A DNA stretch of 63,990 nt, counting the filler, from Perkinsus olseni (lineage: Eukaryota): NCBI GenBank assembly GCA_013115125.1. It is 3 parts of 3 records of this genome, joined end to end, with 100 filler letters (N's around TTAATTAATTAA, not from the genome) between each part and the next. Parts side by side here need not be neighbours in the genome. Positions count along the whole stretch, not along the records: positions 1 to 21,798 come from JABANN010000552.1; positions 21,899 to 43,628 come from JABANN010000553.1; 1 more part is not named here. The stretch is one strand, 5' to 3'. Below the pieces are notes generated by a model, which saw only the letters and a program-made list of their open reading frames with translations, made no database searches and had not been told where the DNA came from. The position numbers and the translations under genes are program-made. This document shows, in pieces, positions 12,196 to 25,900 of the stretch (position 1 is its first letter; each line of letters begins with the position of its first letter).

Positions 12196-14985
12196 ATGGG
12201 CATGGGACGGTCCGAAGGTTCCAGTTCCGTGCAGAGCACGTGGTAATGGTAGCGATAGTGATTGGGAGTTTATATAGCTCTCCTGCTGTACCTGCCGGGC
12301 TTGCGAGAGCCGAGGAAAGCTGTTGAAGATGTTGGCCGTTATCCACCAAGCATGTTCGCTGTGAATGTACATGGTGTTGACTCATTTCTCGCAGTGTTGG
12401 GTCACCACAGCCTTGTTTCCTTGGCTGGAGCCTTCCATGCCGAGGACACGACCGCGGCTCGATTCAATGCCCCGGCAAATGTATCTTCTAGGCGTCCTCG
12501 TTCATATAGATGACCCCTTCAAACTTCCGTACTGCATCTCGCTTCTTGGCTTCATTACTGATCCTAACACGACCAATTCCCACACAAGCAGTGTGCAAAA
12601 TAATATGTTTATCAGAGAAGTCGGATACTGGGACACATGAATTCTTTGTGGCCTTTCATGACGCATTCAACGTAAGTGATTACGCACTCGAGCTTACTCG
12701 GGGGAAAACGATACTTTAGGCGTTAGTCGACTCCACAGCCGCTGGGGAGCCGCTTAGACGGAATTGTGGGGAGACAAGGTTCTCCTTGCTTCTTCCACCT
12801 AATGAGCAAACCTACTGGTAGGACCGACGCCCACTGCGTGTATGGGACTCGCCGTGCTCTAGGTTCGATAGGGAGTCGGCGCGTCAGGGTCTTAGCGACC
12901 CTGAGTTGGAGAATTCTCTCCGCGACCTAAGCAACAGTGTCAACCAGATTATCACTGAAGTGCCCCCCGAGCACGTTTTCCTGGTTGGCCAGGAGACAGG
13001 AGCCGCCATGGCGGTTCATTTTGCGTGAGCCTCTGACCTTATTCTTTGGTGGAAGGCAGAGCCATTAGAGCTGCCTCGGTTCAGGAGGCTGTATCCCCTG
13101 CGACTCGGCGGTGTGCTCGCCGTGGACGAATGGGATTCTTTACAAAATGTTACTCCAAAGATCGTGGAGACCGAAGGGATGGAGGTCACGCCTGTGCGGA
13201 TGTATAGAAACTCACCAAGATCAGAGCCTCCGAGATTGAACGTGGTAGGAGTTTCTTTCAGTCGATTGGAGAGCGTCACTTTTTTCAAGGCTGCAACGCT
13301 CCCGAGAGGTTTTCGCGTCGGCGACGGCTTGCTCACTGATCTATTGATGCTTCTGACGCGCCCACTGTGCGGTATTATCTGGCTGACAACGACCACACAG
13401 CCCTTCACGGGCAGCCTCACGCACGATAAATCTGTGCAGAAAATATCGCACGTCATGGACGACCTACTGGGCCACTCGATCGAGGTCAAAGCCGCTAGGG
13501 CTGTTGATAAGTCGCTTGCACTTGAGTGTGGGAGCGGTGTTACCTACAGAACAGTGCAAGTCCCAACGTCCGAGCTGAAGGAAATAAGGTAGGAACAGGG
13601 TATCCACCTGTGCGAATTAAGGTCGTCAGGGATGGCAAGACCCCAAGTAGCGTCAGTGATATCTTGAGAGAGTACTATGAGCTGTCGGTTCTCCATCGAA
13701 TATATCCGAATCGCATTGCTATCGGTGGCAGTCATGGGGCGGAGGACGCTGTTTCCCAAATCATGTAAGTCCTCGACGGTACCTCCAGCGGTCCCACGGC
13801 CCGTCTAAGGCACAATTTCGTCTACACTTATGGTAGAATCGCCGGGGTTATTCGACTAGTCGACAAAAAGAAGCGAGTAAGCAGCATCATGAGCATTCTT
13901 GTGGTCAGCTCGATATCTATTTTTTCTCTCAGCGGCCTCCTCCAGGCTCCGAAGGCCAGACAGCAATACCAACCAGATCCATTGACGTAGGTCGAGCTGC
14001 TTGTTGTCGAGCTGCTTGTTGTCTACAAATCGTTGCGAACCAGGATTGTTCCCTGGTCCTCAATGGTAGTTCTATTTGCGAGAGCGCTATCTTTTTCGAA
14101 TCTTCGGTGACACGGCGGAGATGCTTGTCGACAATTTCAACTCAATAGCCATATTATTAGCTCGTTCAATCTGGCTGGAACTTTTCGTTAAACATCGTGA
14201 ATCGTTGGCCTCTTCCATTATTCTGGAGGAGCGTAGGCATTTTACCGAACCTTTAATTCCAATTAGTTTCCTGGCGGCCGATCCTCTGTCATAGCGAGAG
14301 CTGAGCTCGAGGCTGCGTTCAAGGAGATGCTCACATCGCCACCGAGGCAGTGCTCAGTCGTTTTGGTTGTGAGGGACACCCTTGAAGCCGAGATGTTCGA
14401 GTCTTGGGAAGAGGCTGTAAGCAGCAATGCTCTTTGATTGATAAAGCTTCATCACATAGGATGCTCTGCATCTTGAGCCAGCCCAAACAGTGCCTCATCG
14501 AAGTATTCGTCAGGTGCGGAAAAAAGCGGCGGAGCGTGGGTATGAGCTGGATAGGAAGTGCGAGGGCGTAGTCGTGTTCAAAACGGTCCTCCGGTCCATC
14601 GCCCAGTAAGTCAGGTCAAGGACGCGATATGGATGGCTCTCTTGAGGCGTCCGTTCATACGCGTTGCAGTTCGAAGTACTTGGTCTTCAGGACGGTGGGT
14701 GGATTTGTTCGCTTGATAGAAGGATATGCTCAACCGAACCACACTTTCATCCTCCTCCGTGGTGCTGGAGACTCCAAGGCGATGGCGCAGCGGTAAGTGC
14801 CTATTTTTTTCGTAGGTCGCTCCACTGATCAATTCAGGTCGGCGTTGCAGCGTAGAGGCTTCCGTGTGGTGCCTTTGCCAGCATTGCCCACCAGAGGAAC
14901 TCGTGATCAAATTGTAGCAATCCATCTCAAATACAGCGTTAACATTCTCCTAAGCAGGTTCAAGCCTCCATGGGATGTCTGGTAG
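12196..14985 (+). CDS. Diverged abhydrolase_2-like repeat protein, paralog 4; start approximate
   Basis: Exons read NCGETRFSLLLPPNEQTYW|FDRE...VPPEHVFLVGQETGAAMAVHFA|RLYPLRLGGVLAV...LTRPLCGIIWL, with the same intron positions as paralogs 1-3. A second domain reads IYPNRIAIGGSHGA. The last exon is PIFFVG...KPPWDVW*. Confidence 0.55.
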
Positions 14986-17900
14986 CCGCAGCCGTGAATG
15001 GGCCCTGGCTTGAGTTCCGCCCCCCAGACAGCAGACATGTTGGAACGACTGCTGTCGACTAGACTCCTATCGGCTGCCGTTGAACTCATGTGCAAGAGAT
15101 GTTCCTGTCGTTGTTCAACACCGGTGACTTGCTCTTCAGTACTTCATGGGGCGTAATCCAAGGCTATCCAGCGATAGCGTACGTCTGCAAATACGAAGCT
15201 CGCTTAGGCATTGTTAATTGAGGTGATGCGTCGTTGCTGCTCAACCACATAGCTACTCTGGGAGCCCCGATGCTTCTCTCCAGTGGGTAAGGCCGAAGGA
15301 TCGGCCTCTGAAGGTGTAAGTGTCGTGAGGACTTCGCCACGGTCGGAATCCGCCTGACTGACGCTGCGTTAGGGCTCCGCTGCGGCGGCCCACGGTTGCG
15401 GAGAACGGAGCTTGAGGACTCCACGGACTGCTGGAGTATTACTGAGGAGCTCCCTTCAATTGCGAGATTGATACTTGTACGGTAGGTTGGCGGGTTTTAT
15501 TTCTTTCTTGGTCACCTGAATAGCAGTTTCGAGTCGCTGAGCAGTGGGGCGCGACCTCCCAGTTCCTCGTTGCCTCGAGGAACTGAACGCGCGGCAGTGC
15601 GTCTAGTTAGTCCCGTCGGCATATTGAGCTCGAGCTGCTGATGACAGTAGCTTTCTTTTCCAACATCCGAGCAATGATGGGAACTTCATCTTATTGTCCC
15701 TTCGAATGATTGAGGAGCACGAGGCCGATGTTCCGAGGCATGTTATGTTCCGCAAGAGATCCTTTATCTTGAAAGGATTATGAAGTTCCGATCAACTGAT
15801 CACTGCTGTCGCCGACAAATTATGCAACACCGCAGCTGTTACGGGTGCGAATAGCCTGTGCGTGGTGGCCGAGCCGGTCACCATGGAGGGCTGGGCCATC
15901 ACTGGTTGATTCGGCACTGGGCGTGGCCAGGTGGTACTGAGTTACAGGAACTCAGTGGGTTCGACTCACGGGCCGATCTCAGCCAGTTGCATCCGATATC
16001 CGCTCACAGTGCGGTACGATGTCCGGCTCACCCAACCAAGGTTTATGAGGGCCAGGAAGTAGCGCAGAGGAAGGCTCTCTCGGGGGAATCAGCGACGCAG
16101 TAATCAATCTAAGTATGAGGTTGAGCTGTGAACGATCATATCAGCACGCCTCACCCTGAGAGGAGTCTCCGCCGCCAGGCGGAGTGTCTCATCGTCACTA
16201 AGCGCACAATCCTCGCTCGTGAACATGAGGAAATGGCGATGGATAGAGCAAGGATTCTTGCCCGGTGTGACAGAGTTGGAAGAACAGAATGCCCAGCTTG
16301 CGGAGACAACCGGTAGCGTGTTCTCGAATGTTATTGTACTGTACCGTGGCAGCGTGTGCTTGTGCAGTCTATCTGTTGGAGCAAGTTTCCAGCTCAAGGC
16401 TGCATACGGAAGAAGCTACCGGTCGCGTCTCAAGTTTGTTCGCTAGCAACCGGCAGTGACTGGTGTGAAGTCTTGCGTACACGACGCTCACCGGGGCGCC
16501 ATCAAGGCTTGCCGAGTGATCTTCCCAAACACACGAAACGGTAGGTGCTTCTTCCACTTCAACAATAACATGAAGGACAATTGTTGAGCGTTAGGGTAAC
16601 ATGTGGACATTGGAGCTGAGCTGGCCAAGTTCATAGCGGCGGTTTGCTTCACCGTACCGGTGCAGCAATGAATTCGGAATCTACTACATAGCACAGTTAT
16701 CTTACTGCCGCCTAGATGCTCCACCCTGGCAGATGGCAGAGCGAGGACGTGGGCTATCCTCGGAGCGGATCATTGAATGAGATCCCCATGAGACTCGTAC
16801 CCTGTTTTCATACGTGTTCGATGAGAGATTCTTATAGTTCTTTCTGAATGAGTTACTCACATATCGTCTTGTGCCTCAATTCAATCCAGTTGTGCTGTGG
16901 AGGTTCAAAGTGTCTTCCATGGAGAGCTTCCATAGCGGAACGCTAGCGCAACTTAAAGTAATCGTCTTGAATTTCCGCTCTGGTAACGGCTGTATGAACT
17001 CCGCCCGAGAACGACTGGAAGGTGGGCTGCCCACCGTGGGTTGCCTTCTAGTCGTTCTACGCATGGGAAAATGCGACGTTTGACAAGTCAGACGTGTATA
17101 GATATTGAGAGAGACGAGAATTTCGGATTTCCCCGAGTTGCCCTGGTGGGGCGTTTATTTGCTCCATTCGATCGCTTGTAATTCTCGCTTGTTCTTGCTC
17201 GATCAGGTACACCGGATAAATTCTTCAAGATGTCTTTCGTTGCTCTATTACTTGTCTTACGAAGCTGTCCGAGCAGTGCACTTGGCGTGGGCCGTGGAGG
17301 GCACCTATGGCCAGCAATAACCCCACTAAAGTGGACTTGTGAGTTTGGCTTCGGCACGGCTCGCTCGATCCAAACAGCTAGGTGTTCTCTGGATCAACGC
17401 AACCCGTACAAGATCGGAGCCGTGCTCTTGACTACCATAAGGTCTTCGAGGCTCGATTGGCTGGTCCTGTTATCTACCGCGGTAGGCTTAGTTTCCGAAA
17501 CGTGGTAAAGGTGGTGATGGCGTGCCACGCCAGGCGTGGTGATAGTTACTCTCGGTTCGTTGTTTTATATATCGCGTCTACGTCAGTAAGCGATGTGTCG
17601 GTGGGAAGCTGTGGCAAGCTAGTTCATCTGCAGGTCGGCGTGTTGGAACTGCGTCATAGTACATGCTTATTGGAAAGCTGGGTCATCGCAGCTCTAGCGT
17701 TCATCTTCCGGCTTGATGGTGTTTCCGTATCTATTCCCTATGGGCAGTTTCCTGTTTCCTGGGCACCTCGGCGTCAGCACTATGCCGACGTTCGCTCAGA
17801 GGACAAGGCCGCTCCTCGAGGGTCGCCTCACGCCTAGCAGAACCAAAGGCAGATCCGCAGGGATGAGATCATTTCTGGACTTATCCGAATAATCTTCCTA

Positions 17901-18916
17901 ATAATCAGCTCGGTGCTCATCGTCATCTGCTTCTTTTTCTGCGGGGAACTTGGCGGAGAGAGCTCGGGCAGTGAGTGATGTGACATTGTCCGAGTAGGCA
18001 GCCTCCCCGACGAGCTCGTCGCAAGTGCAATCGTCAATGTCGTTCTTCTCGGGCGGCCGACCTTCAATAGGACATCGGTGAATGAAGAGCCGCAGAAGAA
18101 TTCGCCTCCCTAGGAGAGAGGCCTTGTTCGCAATGGTCATAGTGGATACGATGAAATGGAGGCCAAGAATCTTTGGAATATCGTATAGCTTCTGTCGTGC
18201 CGCTGTACCACTTCAATCGTGGGCGTCACTGGAGGACACGCAGTAAGGAAACTTGTGATAATCAGCTCTGTGAAGAGGCTTGGAAATGGCATAAGAGACC
18301 TGAGGGTCGTCGGCAGTCCACGAACACCGATGCCCGGATGAGACGAGACCGTCTCATAGTGCTGTCTTCCGGAGAGACTATCGTGGCAGGCTCCTGATCA
18401 TCGACCGGAAGCTCGGAGGCTGGAGGGCAGGCGCAGAATGATCCGCAAGAAGAGTCTGTGCTCAGGCGTTATCGCTTCAGGTTTGCTGATGATTGTTTGA
18501 GTTGCAAGCGGGAGACCGAGGCAATGAACTGTTCTTCAGCTAGTTGTGAAGCAAGAGGCTAGTAAATGCAGTCCAACTCGCTCAGCCGTCAGCTGCTTCC
18601 CGAGACGAGTGATCAGTACAAGGCTTACCGCTCGGTCTCGCCGGGCCGGGTACTTGTCTTCTGTATACTCATTATCGCTGCCCTTGGCTTCTGGAGTATC
18701 CGGTCCAGCTCTGGCCATCGGGGTAAGAGGACTTCATAGAATTGCGTTACTGGGCCAAGACCATGTCAGCTCCTTCCACTAGCACCGCCGTGACCTAGAG
18801 CAGGGTCATCACCTCACGTGATAGTGGTCCGATCGCTCTCGCAGCCGGGATCGCAGCGCTCGAATTTATCGTTCAGAGCAAGTGTCGTCGAAGTTCGAAT
18901 CTTCTCAGACACTAAG

Positions 18917-20921
18917 ATGCAAGGCGAACCCCTAGTTGGGATGAATTCTACGTCTAGCCTGGTGGCTGGCGAGTACTCCGCTCGGCTGTACTATGGCGCA
19001 TCCCATCTCCTTATCAAAGAGCCTACTATATGTGACTCTTCCGTAAAACAACGGAGTGGGTACTTTGTAGTCAACGCTACCAAAAACCGAAAGTGAGAGT
19101 CTTTGTCGGATATATTCCCGTTAACTACAGTGAAAAGTAGCCGTGAAAACACCATTTTCATGGTATTAGGTACTTCTTCTGGTTTTTTGAGTCCAGGAGG
19201 TTACCAGCAGCTGAGTCTCCAACTACACTCTGGCTCAGCGGCGGCCCCGGGGCGAGCTCAATTCTAGGGTTATTGATGGAGAATGGGCCCTGCCGTTTGC
19301 TCTCTGACGGTATCACCACGGAATATAACCCTTACGGATGGAACGAGGTCTCCAATATGATATGGCTCGACCAGCCTGCGGGGACCGGCTACTCTATGGG
19401 AAAGCACGAGCATAGCCTCACGGAAGTGAGGGATGATCTCTATAACTTCCTGCAGGCATTCTTCCACCACTTCCCGGAGTACAACAGGAATTTCCATCTT
19501 GCTGGAGAGTCCTTTGCTGGCCACTATATACCGGTTATCGGGGATAAAATACTTCAGGAGAATAAGAGAATGCACCAGGGAAGTCCATCCATGTGGAAAA
19601 GTACGAGGCTCCGAGTTTTGACTGCCCCGGGTTTGGTGGTCTGCTGTTACCGCTACGGGAATGCACTACCGGACGGCACCCGGGCTCTGCCTTCAGGTAT
19701 GAGCACGCCTCCAGAGCAGCGTATTGATTTCCGTGGCATGGCCATCGGTAACGGAGATACCGATAACCCGCATTCAGCTCCTTATATGGCTGAGATGGTG
19801 AGCCAGCTCATTGAGCTGAGAACCACGGATGTTGATCGAGCATCTCGTATTCCGCACTGGCTTTCTGACAGTCAATGGGCATTTCTCGCAGGCGATGGCC
19901 TCTGGCGCAGTGAACCGAACCACCTATCAGCAAATGCTGGCATCGGTTGATTCGACTACTGAGCTCATGTTGAGGTGTACCGCGATACTAGGGAACGTGA
20001 GCACATGGAGTTCTGCCGGGGCCGGCTTCTTGACCTGTTCCTTCTATTCCAGTTGAAGCAGCCTGCGAGTCTGTTCACTGCACCCGAGACGTGCTTGGAC
20101 GCTAATCTTGAATATATGATGAACTTCTTGGCGCCAGTTGAGGCGACTGGTCGGAACATGTAAAGAAAACACCAGTGCGGAAGTTCCCTATAGGATTGGT
20201 AGAGAGTGTGGTTCATAGCTTGTAGTTCTTCCGCCCCTGTCCACGGAGCTCATCAGCACAGATACGATCTCCGCTTGAATGGTACCTACAACTTCACCCG
20301 ATACATCAACTTCCTCAACAATGCCACCATCATGAACACACTCGGGGCAGTCAAGAAATGGAAACCGATCAACTACCGTGTAAGACGCAACGGGCCTCTG
20401 CCAGAGGCTCCGGGGAGCTTGTTGTGTTACCTTCGATGCGCCCCAATTCAGGTTACTCTTGATCTGTACTTTGATGATACGTATCGAATTTACAATCCCC
20501 AAGTAGAGCGAGTTCTGGAAGCCGGCGTTAAAGTCCTGATCTACGCTGGAGACAAGGACCACCTATGCAACTGGCTCGTGAATGATGCCTGGACGAAAAG
20601 ACTGCAGTGGAGCGGAGCTCAGCAGTTCGTCCACAAGCCTCTCGAACTATATCAAGCCGGTAGGGTGTCAAGAATCGTGGTAGCCGAGTGGGCGTTGATA
20701 GACCCACTGGAGCTGTCGTCGATAGCGCAGTTTTGCTCAGTGGTACAGCTCGTAGCTGCGGTTCAGGTACCGAAGAGGCCGTGGGTGAAATGCGTCGTAC
20801 GCAGAATCTAGCATTCGTTCGAGTCTACAATGCAGGACATCTGGTCCCTCATGACCAGCCAAAGAACAGTCTGGTGATTATAGAGCAGTTTTTGAATGGA
20901 AATATGTTCGCTTCTGCCTAG
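18917..20921 (+). CDS. Serine carboxypeptidase, peptidase family S10 (multi-exon; true start may lie upstream)
   Basis: Motifs SGYF, YFFWFFESR, LWLSGGPGASS, ENGPC and WLDQPAGTGYS are present. The catalytic triad is GESFAGHY (Ser), YAGDKDHLCN (Asp) and NAGHLVPHDQP (His). Confidence 0.95.
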
Positions 20922-21193
20922 ATGGCTTAGCCTCATACCCCTGAGTGTTGAGTTGTAACCATGACTTCGGGGTACTGCTGCATAACGACGTCGACCTCAT
21001 CGAGTAAATAAAAAACGCAGATTCCAACGCATCTATTTCCGGTCATGCGTTTGGTGACTCCGTCACGGCCTTATCCATCATACTCATGACAGGAATCCTT
21101 TGCGCGATGGCTCCGACAGGATGTTCCACTTCCACTTCGATTCACTTCCTATAACAAAAATCGTTCCTTTTGTAAAACACACATCTACATCAC

Positions 21194-21739
21194 TCACCCC
21201 ATGCATCTAACGGGAGAATTGTTGTACACCTTTAGGTTTAAGAAGTCATCCATATAAACACGGTTCCCAAGAAGCTCCATGAGTCGTTCGCGTTCTTCGG
21301 TGACAGACGGGTCGATCAAATCCCCTCGTACTTTCCCAGAGGATATTCCCTCTATCATCATCCTTTGTTGCTTCTTGTTCAGTGAACATACCCCGTCCAT
21401 CAGGACATGCATAACTCGATCTTCATCCCTTTTTTCACTTTCCCGCAAATTACCGTCCTTGCACATTCTCCGCCATAAACCCTCAACCGCGGCGACACAA
21501 ACGCGACTGCCTCCAGTATCATCGTCTTCATTGTAGAGCGAATCATACTTAGAACGAAGTGGCTCGCTGAGAAACCCTGCTCCCAGCTTTCTACCGTAGT
21601 GCCTTATAGCATCGGTATAGAGCACACTAGGTGCCCGTTGTAGAAGCCCTTGAAAGCGCCAGTTACTGAAGGAGAGGACGTCAAGCTCCCCGACTTGCGT
21701 TGAGAACTTTTCGGTTCTACTAGTTATAAACCCGTCCAC
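21194..21739 (-). CDS. Hypothetical protein (intronless ORF next to contig end)
   Basis: 181-aa open frame with protein-like composition and no recognised motif. Confidence 0.35.
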   Translation of the reverse strand: MDGFITSRTEKFSTQVGELDVLSFSNWRFQGLLQRAPSVLYTDAIRHYGRKLGAGFLSEPLRSKYDSLYNEDDDTGGSRVCVAAVEGLWRRMCKDGNLRESEKRDEDRVMHVLMDGVCSLNKKQQRMMIEGISSGKVRGDLIDPSVTEERERLMELLGNRVYMDDFLNLKVYNNSPVRCMG

Positions 21740-21798
21740 AAAATTATATCACATGAAGTTTTTTTCTAATTTCTCCGTAGCGATTGTGACTCAGGGCC

Positions 21799-21898
21799 NN
21801 NNNNNNNNNNNNNNNNNNNNNNNNNNNNNNNNNNNNNNNNNNTTAATTAATTAANNNNNNNNNNNNNNNNNNNNNNNNNNNNNNNNNNNNNNNNNNNN
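21799..21898. other. Assembly gap with artificial six-frame-stop linker
   Basis: N44 + TTAATTAATTAA + N44, exactly 100 bp. Confidence 0.97.
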
Positions 21899-22965
21899 GT
21901 CAGCTGCAGACATATACCTCTCAACTTATGTTGCGTTCCAACAGTAGTGCTTTGGAATCCGAGATGCTACACTTGTGCAGTCCAAGGACCGCCGAAGACG
22001 ACCCAAGGGGGGGGTATGGATATTAGAACAAGGAAAAAAGCGAACGAAGGAGCCTTCTAGCTCCTTCAGAGTCTTCTTTCCAGTTTGAAGGTTGTAAATG
22101 CTCATCAAGAAGACACTTCTCATATGGTTCATCACCGATGCGTTCTTTTTCCAACAAGAAGTTCAATCAAGAATTGCTGCTTCTGAAATCGTCACTGACC
22201 CACGCAGCCTGCATGCCGAGCAATCAGCGACTTCAAACGACGTGCAACGAATCAAAGCTCTGGCGCGAGACACAAGGGGAGGACTGGACATCCCCACTGG
22301 GGATGTCCAGTCACTCCCACTCCCGTTCACTCCCGACCGAAGCGTCCAGACTACTTTCGCAATAGCGTTGAGGAAATGCAAGTCATGCAAGAGTGGTTAA
22401 GTGGAGTTTAGCAGCACAGATCCTCCATTTCAGTCACTCTTGTTGTTTCTTCGTGATTGGTGAAATGGTGGAACCCATTCTTCCTGCCGGATGTCCTCAG
22501 AAGATTAATGACCGCTCACCCCCGTCGTTTGACAATATTCGTTTTAGAGTTCTAATTTTTCGGCCAAAATTTGGTATTACCGAATTTTTTAAGCTAGTAC
22601 AATCGTCATTTTCCCAACCTTTATAGCTCGCTCTCCCCTCTCCCTCTCCAATCAGTGCCACTCATGCGTCTAAGACAGCTAGAGGTGTCAGAAAAGAATG
22701 GCCGGCGGCTCGGTTGTGATGCTCACTAGCCTAACGATTGTGTTGATGAAGCTTCCCGACCGAACTCGTGTCGTCGACCGGTCATCATCAATTTCTTCGC
22801 AACTCGTTTCATTAACTTTTCTTCGTTACTATGTCGATGATAGTATTTTTTCATCATTATTAATTTTCCTATTTTAAGATTTTTTCATGATTTTTATTAC
22901 TCTTCAGTTCTGCTTGTGCCCTTCTTCTGTATCATCTCTAACAACCCTTAAGCTATTACCTTCTC

Positions 22966-25900
22966 ATGGCGACCGACAACACAGCAAGCGTCGAATCGCC
23001 ACAGCAGCGGTATGTGGTGCCCAAGGTGAGCAAATCCACTAGTTGCTGCCTCTCATCAGCTATCCACCTCCAGGTTCACGGCGCCCCGATCTGCCCGATC
23101 TTCGGCCGTATTCTCGTCTTGACCGTCACCCTCGTCGTATGTGCCTTCGTCGCGATGACCTGGTAAGTTTAGAGTCCGAGGGAGCGCTCAATAGACTGCG
23201 GCCTCTCCTGAATTCCGAGAGCGCTTCAGGATTGAACTTGACGTCTAGGAGGGGATCCTAGGTAGCTCAGCTGAGGCAGTCTATTGTCCACTACGTTGTT
23301 GGTCGCAGCGCCATCGACGGTCATCACTTCTCAGGTATTGCGAGGGCATCATGTGGATTTACGACCCTACGACCAATTCTTGGCCGATCTATGACTGCCC
23401 CAGCTTAGCCGAGTCCTTCAAAATCCAGAATAGGGAATTTTCTGGTAGGACTTGTCGCATGGCCATCGCCTACAACTATGAAACTGCTTACAACATGCAA
23501 AAGGCTGGTATCACTGTACCGTACGGAACCAAGCCCGAAGATGCTCTGGAGAGGTGTATCTTACCTCACGAGAGCGAAGACGATATTATGTGCTACTCGG
23601 TGAACCAATGCACGTACATGTGCCGTACCGCTGACACCAACGAGAACTGCCCTTATCCTGGTACCATCAATAAGGACACTACGGAGATTGCTGATAACGA
23701 GCAGTGTAATATATATGTTGCCAGCCAGACCTTCTCGCAGACAGTTGACTGCTATAAGGTAATATCATGATCTGTGGGAGGTCTGGTCAGGAGTGGCGTA
23801 TTTTAGGTTGAAGTTGGTCCTTTTTGTGGTCGCCAGTTTAGAGTAACTCCCTCTAATATCTTGGTTATGAGAGGCATTATTGTGGCTACTGTATTTATGA
23901 TTGTATTTTGGTTCATTTCCGAGTTTGGTCTGAGGGCTACGGAAAAGGGTTTGAAGCAAGAGCAGGCGGAAGGCAAGGCTAGGATGGACGTTGAGTTGCC
24001 AGCCAAACGGAAGTGGGTGCCAGACACGGTATCGACCTGGTCAGTACTGTTTTGGCAGGTTCCTTCGAGAACAGGTCGAGCAGAGGTGGGCGGACGAAGC
24101 TCGGTACATGTACTCGCTGGACCCCAACTCCTCTCTCTGGGGCGGCGACCTCACTGCGTCAGCGGGTCAGAGCGCGAGGGCTGCTGGATCTGTTGTCACG
24201 CCGACTGTTAACAGTCCGATGATGTCAACGTAATGAGGTGGTTGTGATTGTTTTTGATGATTTTTGATTTTCAGGATTGGAGGTTATCCGGGCATGACCG
24301 CCAGCGAGTACAGCGAGCAGATAACCAAGGGAGGATTCAAGAGCAGATTGTGAGGGGGGACGATTTGGTGAAGGTGTGGTATGGAAGCGTGCATGCCCGT
24401 GCTCTTTTCAGGGAGTCTCGGGATCCTCGGAAGCGTTTCGAGTCATCCGCATGGCAACGGCGGATTGAGCAGTACCGGACGTTAGGAAAAGACAAGAAAG
24501 CAAGATTTGTTGCCAAGGAGCACTTCCGTATGTTGATAACTACTATCATTATGGCGTGCTGGCGTCCTTGAAGCCTCCATTTCTAGGTACACTACTACTC
24601 AATGGTTTCTTCATCATTCTTATTATCGTTTCTCAATTCTGTATTCTATATTTCTCTCCTCAAAATATGCATTCCCAAGAGAGCCTGTATGAAGCCTTCG
24701 TTGGTGTGGTATCTATTTGGAATGCTGTATCTGCTTTGGATTGGATTATCTTCCTCGATGTGTTGTTGGATGTGGTACTCTTCTTTGCGGCCGCATGTGT
24801 CGTCAAGTGGCCTAAGCCTCCAGTGAGTGGGAAATGGTCTAGTGGTTAAATTCATGGGTTGCTATGCGACAGGTCGCGGGTTCGATTCTGACTGCGTTAT
24901 TTTAGGTCTTCTCTCGTCATATGCAAGAGGAGCTCAAGGAGACTGCAGGTGAGGGTTACGGCGAGGAGTCTGTCCCTCTGAAGGAGGCGGGCAAAGAGCC
25001 GGCCATGGGAGCAGCTGTCCCGGAGGCAGCCGCGGCAGACCAACCAACAGCTCAGCGCAAGACTCTACTACCACTTGATGGTGCTGATAATTTGAGTGAC
25101 GTTGATGCTGGGAGTGACTTCGAAAGTGAAGATTCGGCGACAGTTGACTTTGTAATATTTTTACCTCTGGCCTGGTTCCGACGACATCATCCTCGTGCCA
25201 GGTACTGGAACAAGCCATGACGGGGGACGTCTGCTTGCTTATTGCTTGTCATAACTCTGCCATGACTGAGGAGAGGTGGGCTCCTCTATTTCACCCTCGG
25301 GGGGTATGATCGCTTTTTTCAGGTATGACGTTTTCACTGGCACTCTCAGAGCTGCCCTGATGGTCTTCCCGCCCACCCACATCTTCGTATGTGATAATGG
25401 ACGGGATGCCAAGCCTTTTGATGAGACCCAATGGGCCACCCAGCAGGTAGTAGTAAAATTCCCCCAACTCGTGTGAGGGGGGAACGCTTCCATCAGGTGC
25501 ATCCTGACATTAACTACCTCTTTGTACCCGAGGGTAACAAGACCTTTGCCTTCTATTGGTGTAATAAATATTGGATACCCTTCCTTCATAGATGTGGCAG
25601 GGTCCCCGCCTTTAAGTAATAGTGCTGTGCCTCGGTCGGGGAGTAGGGTTCATTGACAGGTACGCGGTAATCATTGATGATGATGTACCCCTGCCGGCTG
25701 ACCTCCATATCCCTCATCAAATGCTAGACCAAAACCCGAACATCAAGGTGAGTTCATGGTCAGCTCTCGGGTTCCAATGGAGGCTTCCTTTCAGGCGGTT
25801 CACTTCCCTATTACTGCAACGACACCCGATGGACACCCCAACCAGTTGGTCCGGTGTCAGGATGTCGAGTATAAGCTGGCTGCAGTGCACAAGCTGTTCC

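Noticed and set aside
15000-18800. Probable additional multi-exon genes between the hydrolase array and the carboxypeptidase
   Set aside because: Splice-like signals are present, but no consistent model or recognisable domain could be built by eye.
21843-21854. TTAATTAATTAA palindrome, repeated at 43673-43684
   Set aside because: Centred in identical 100-bp N blocks, so it is an artificial scaffold linker. Gene adjacency across these gaps is also unverified.
24829-24896. Functional tRNA gene (also 44348-44410)
   Set aside because: A and B boxes are present but the acceptor and anticodon stems do not pair, so these were treated as tRNA-derived relics.
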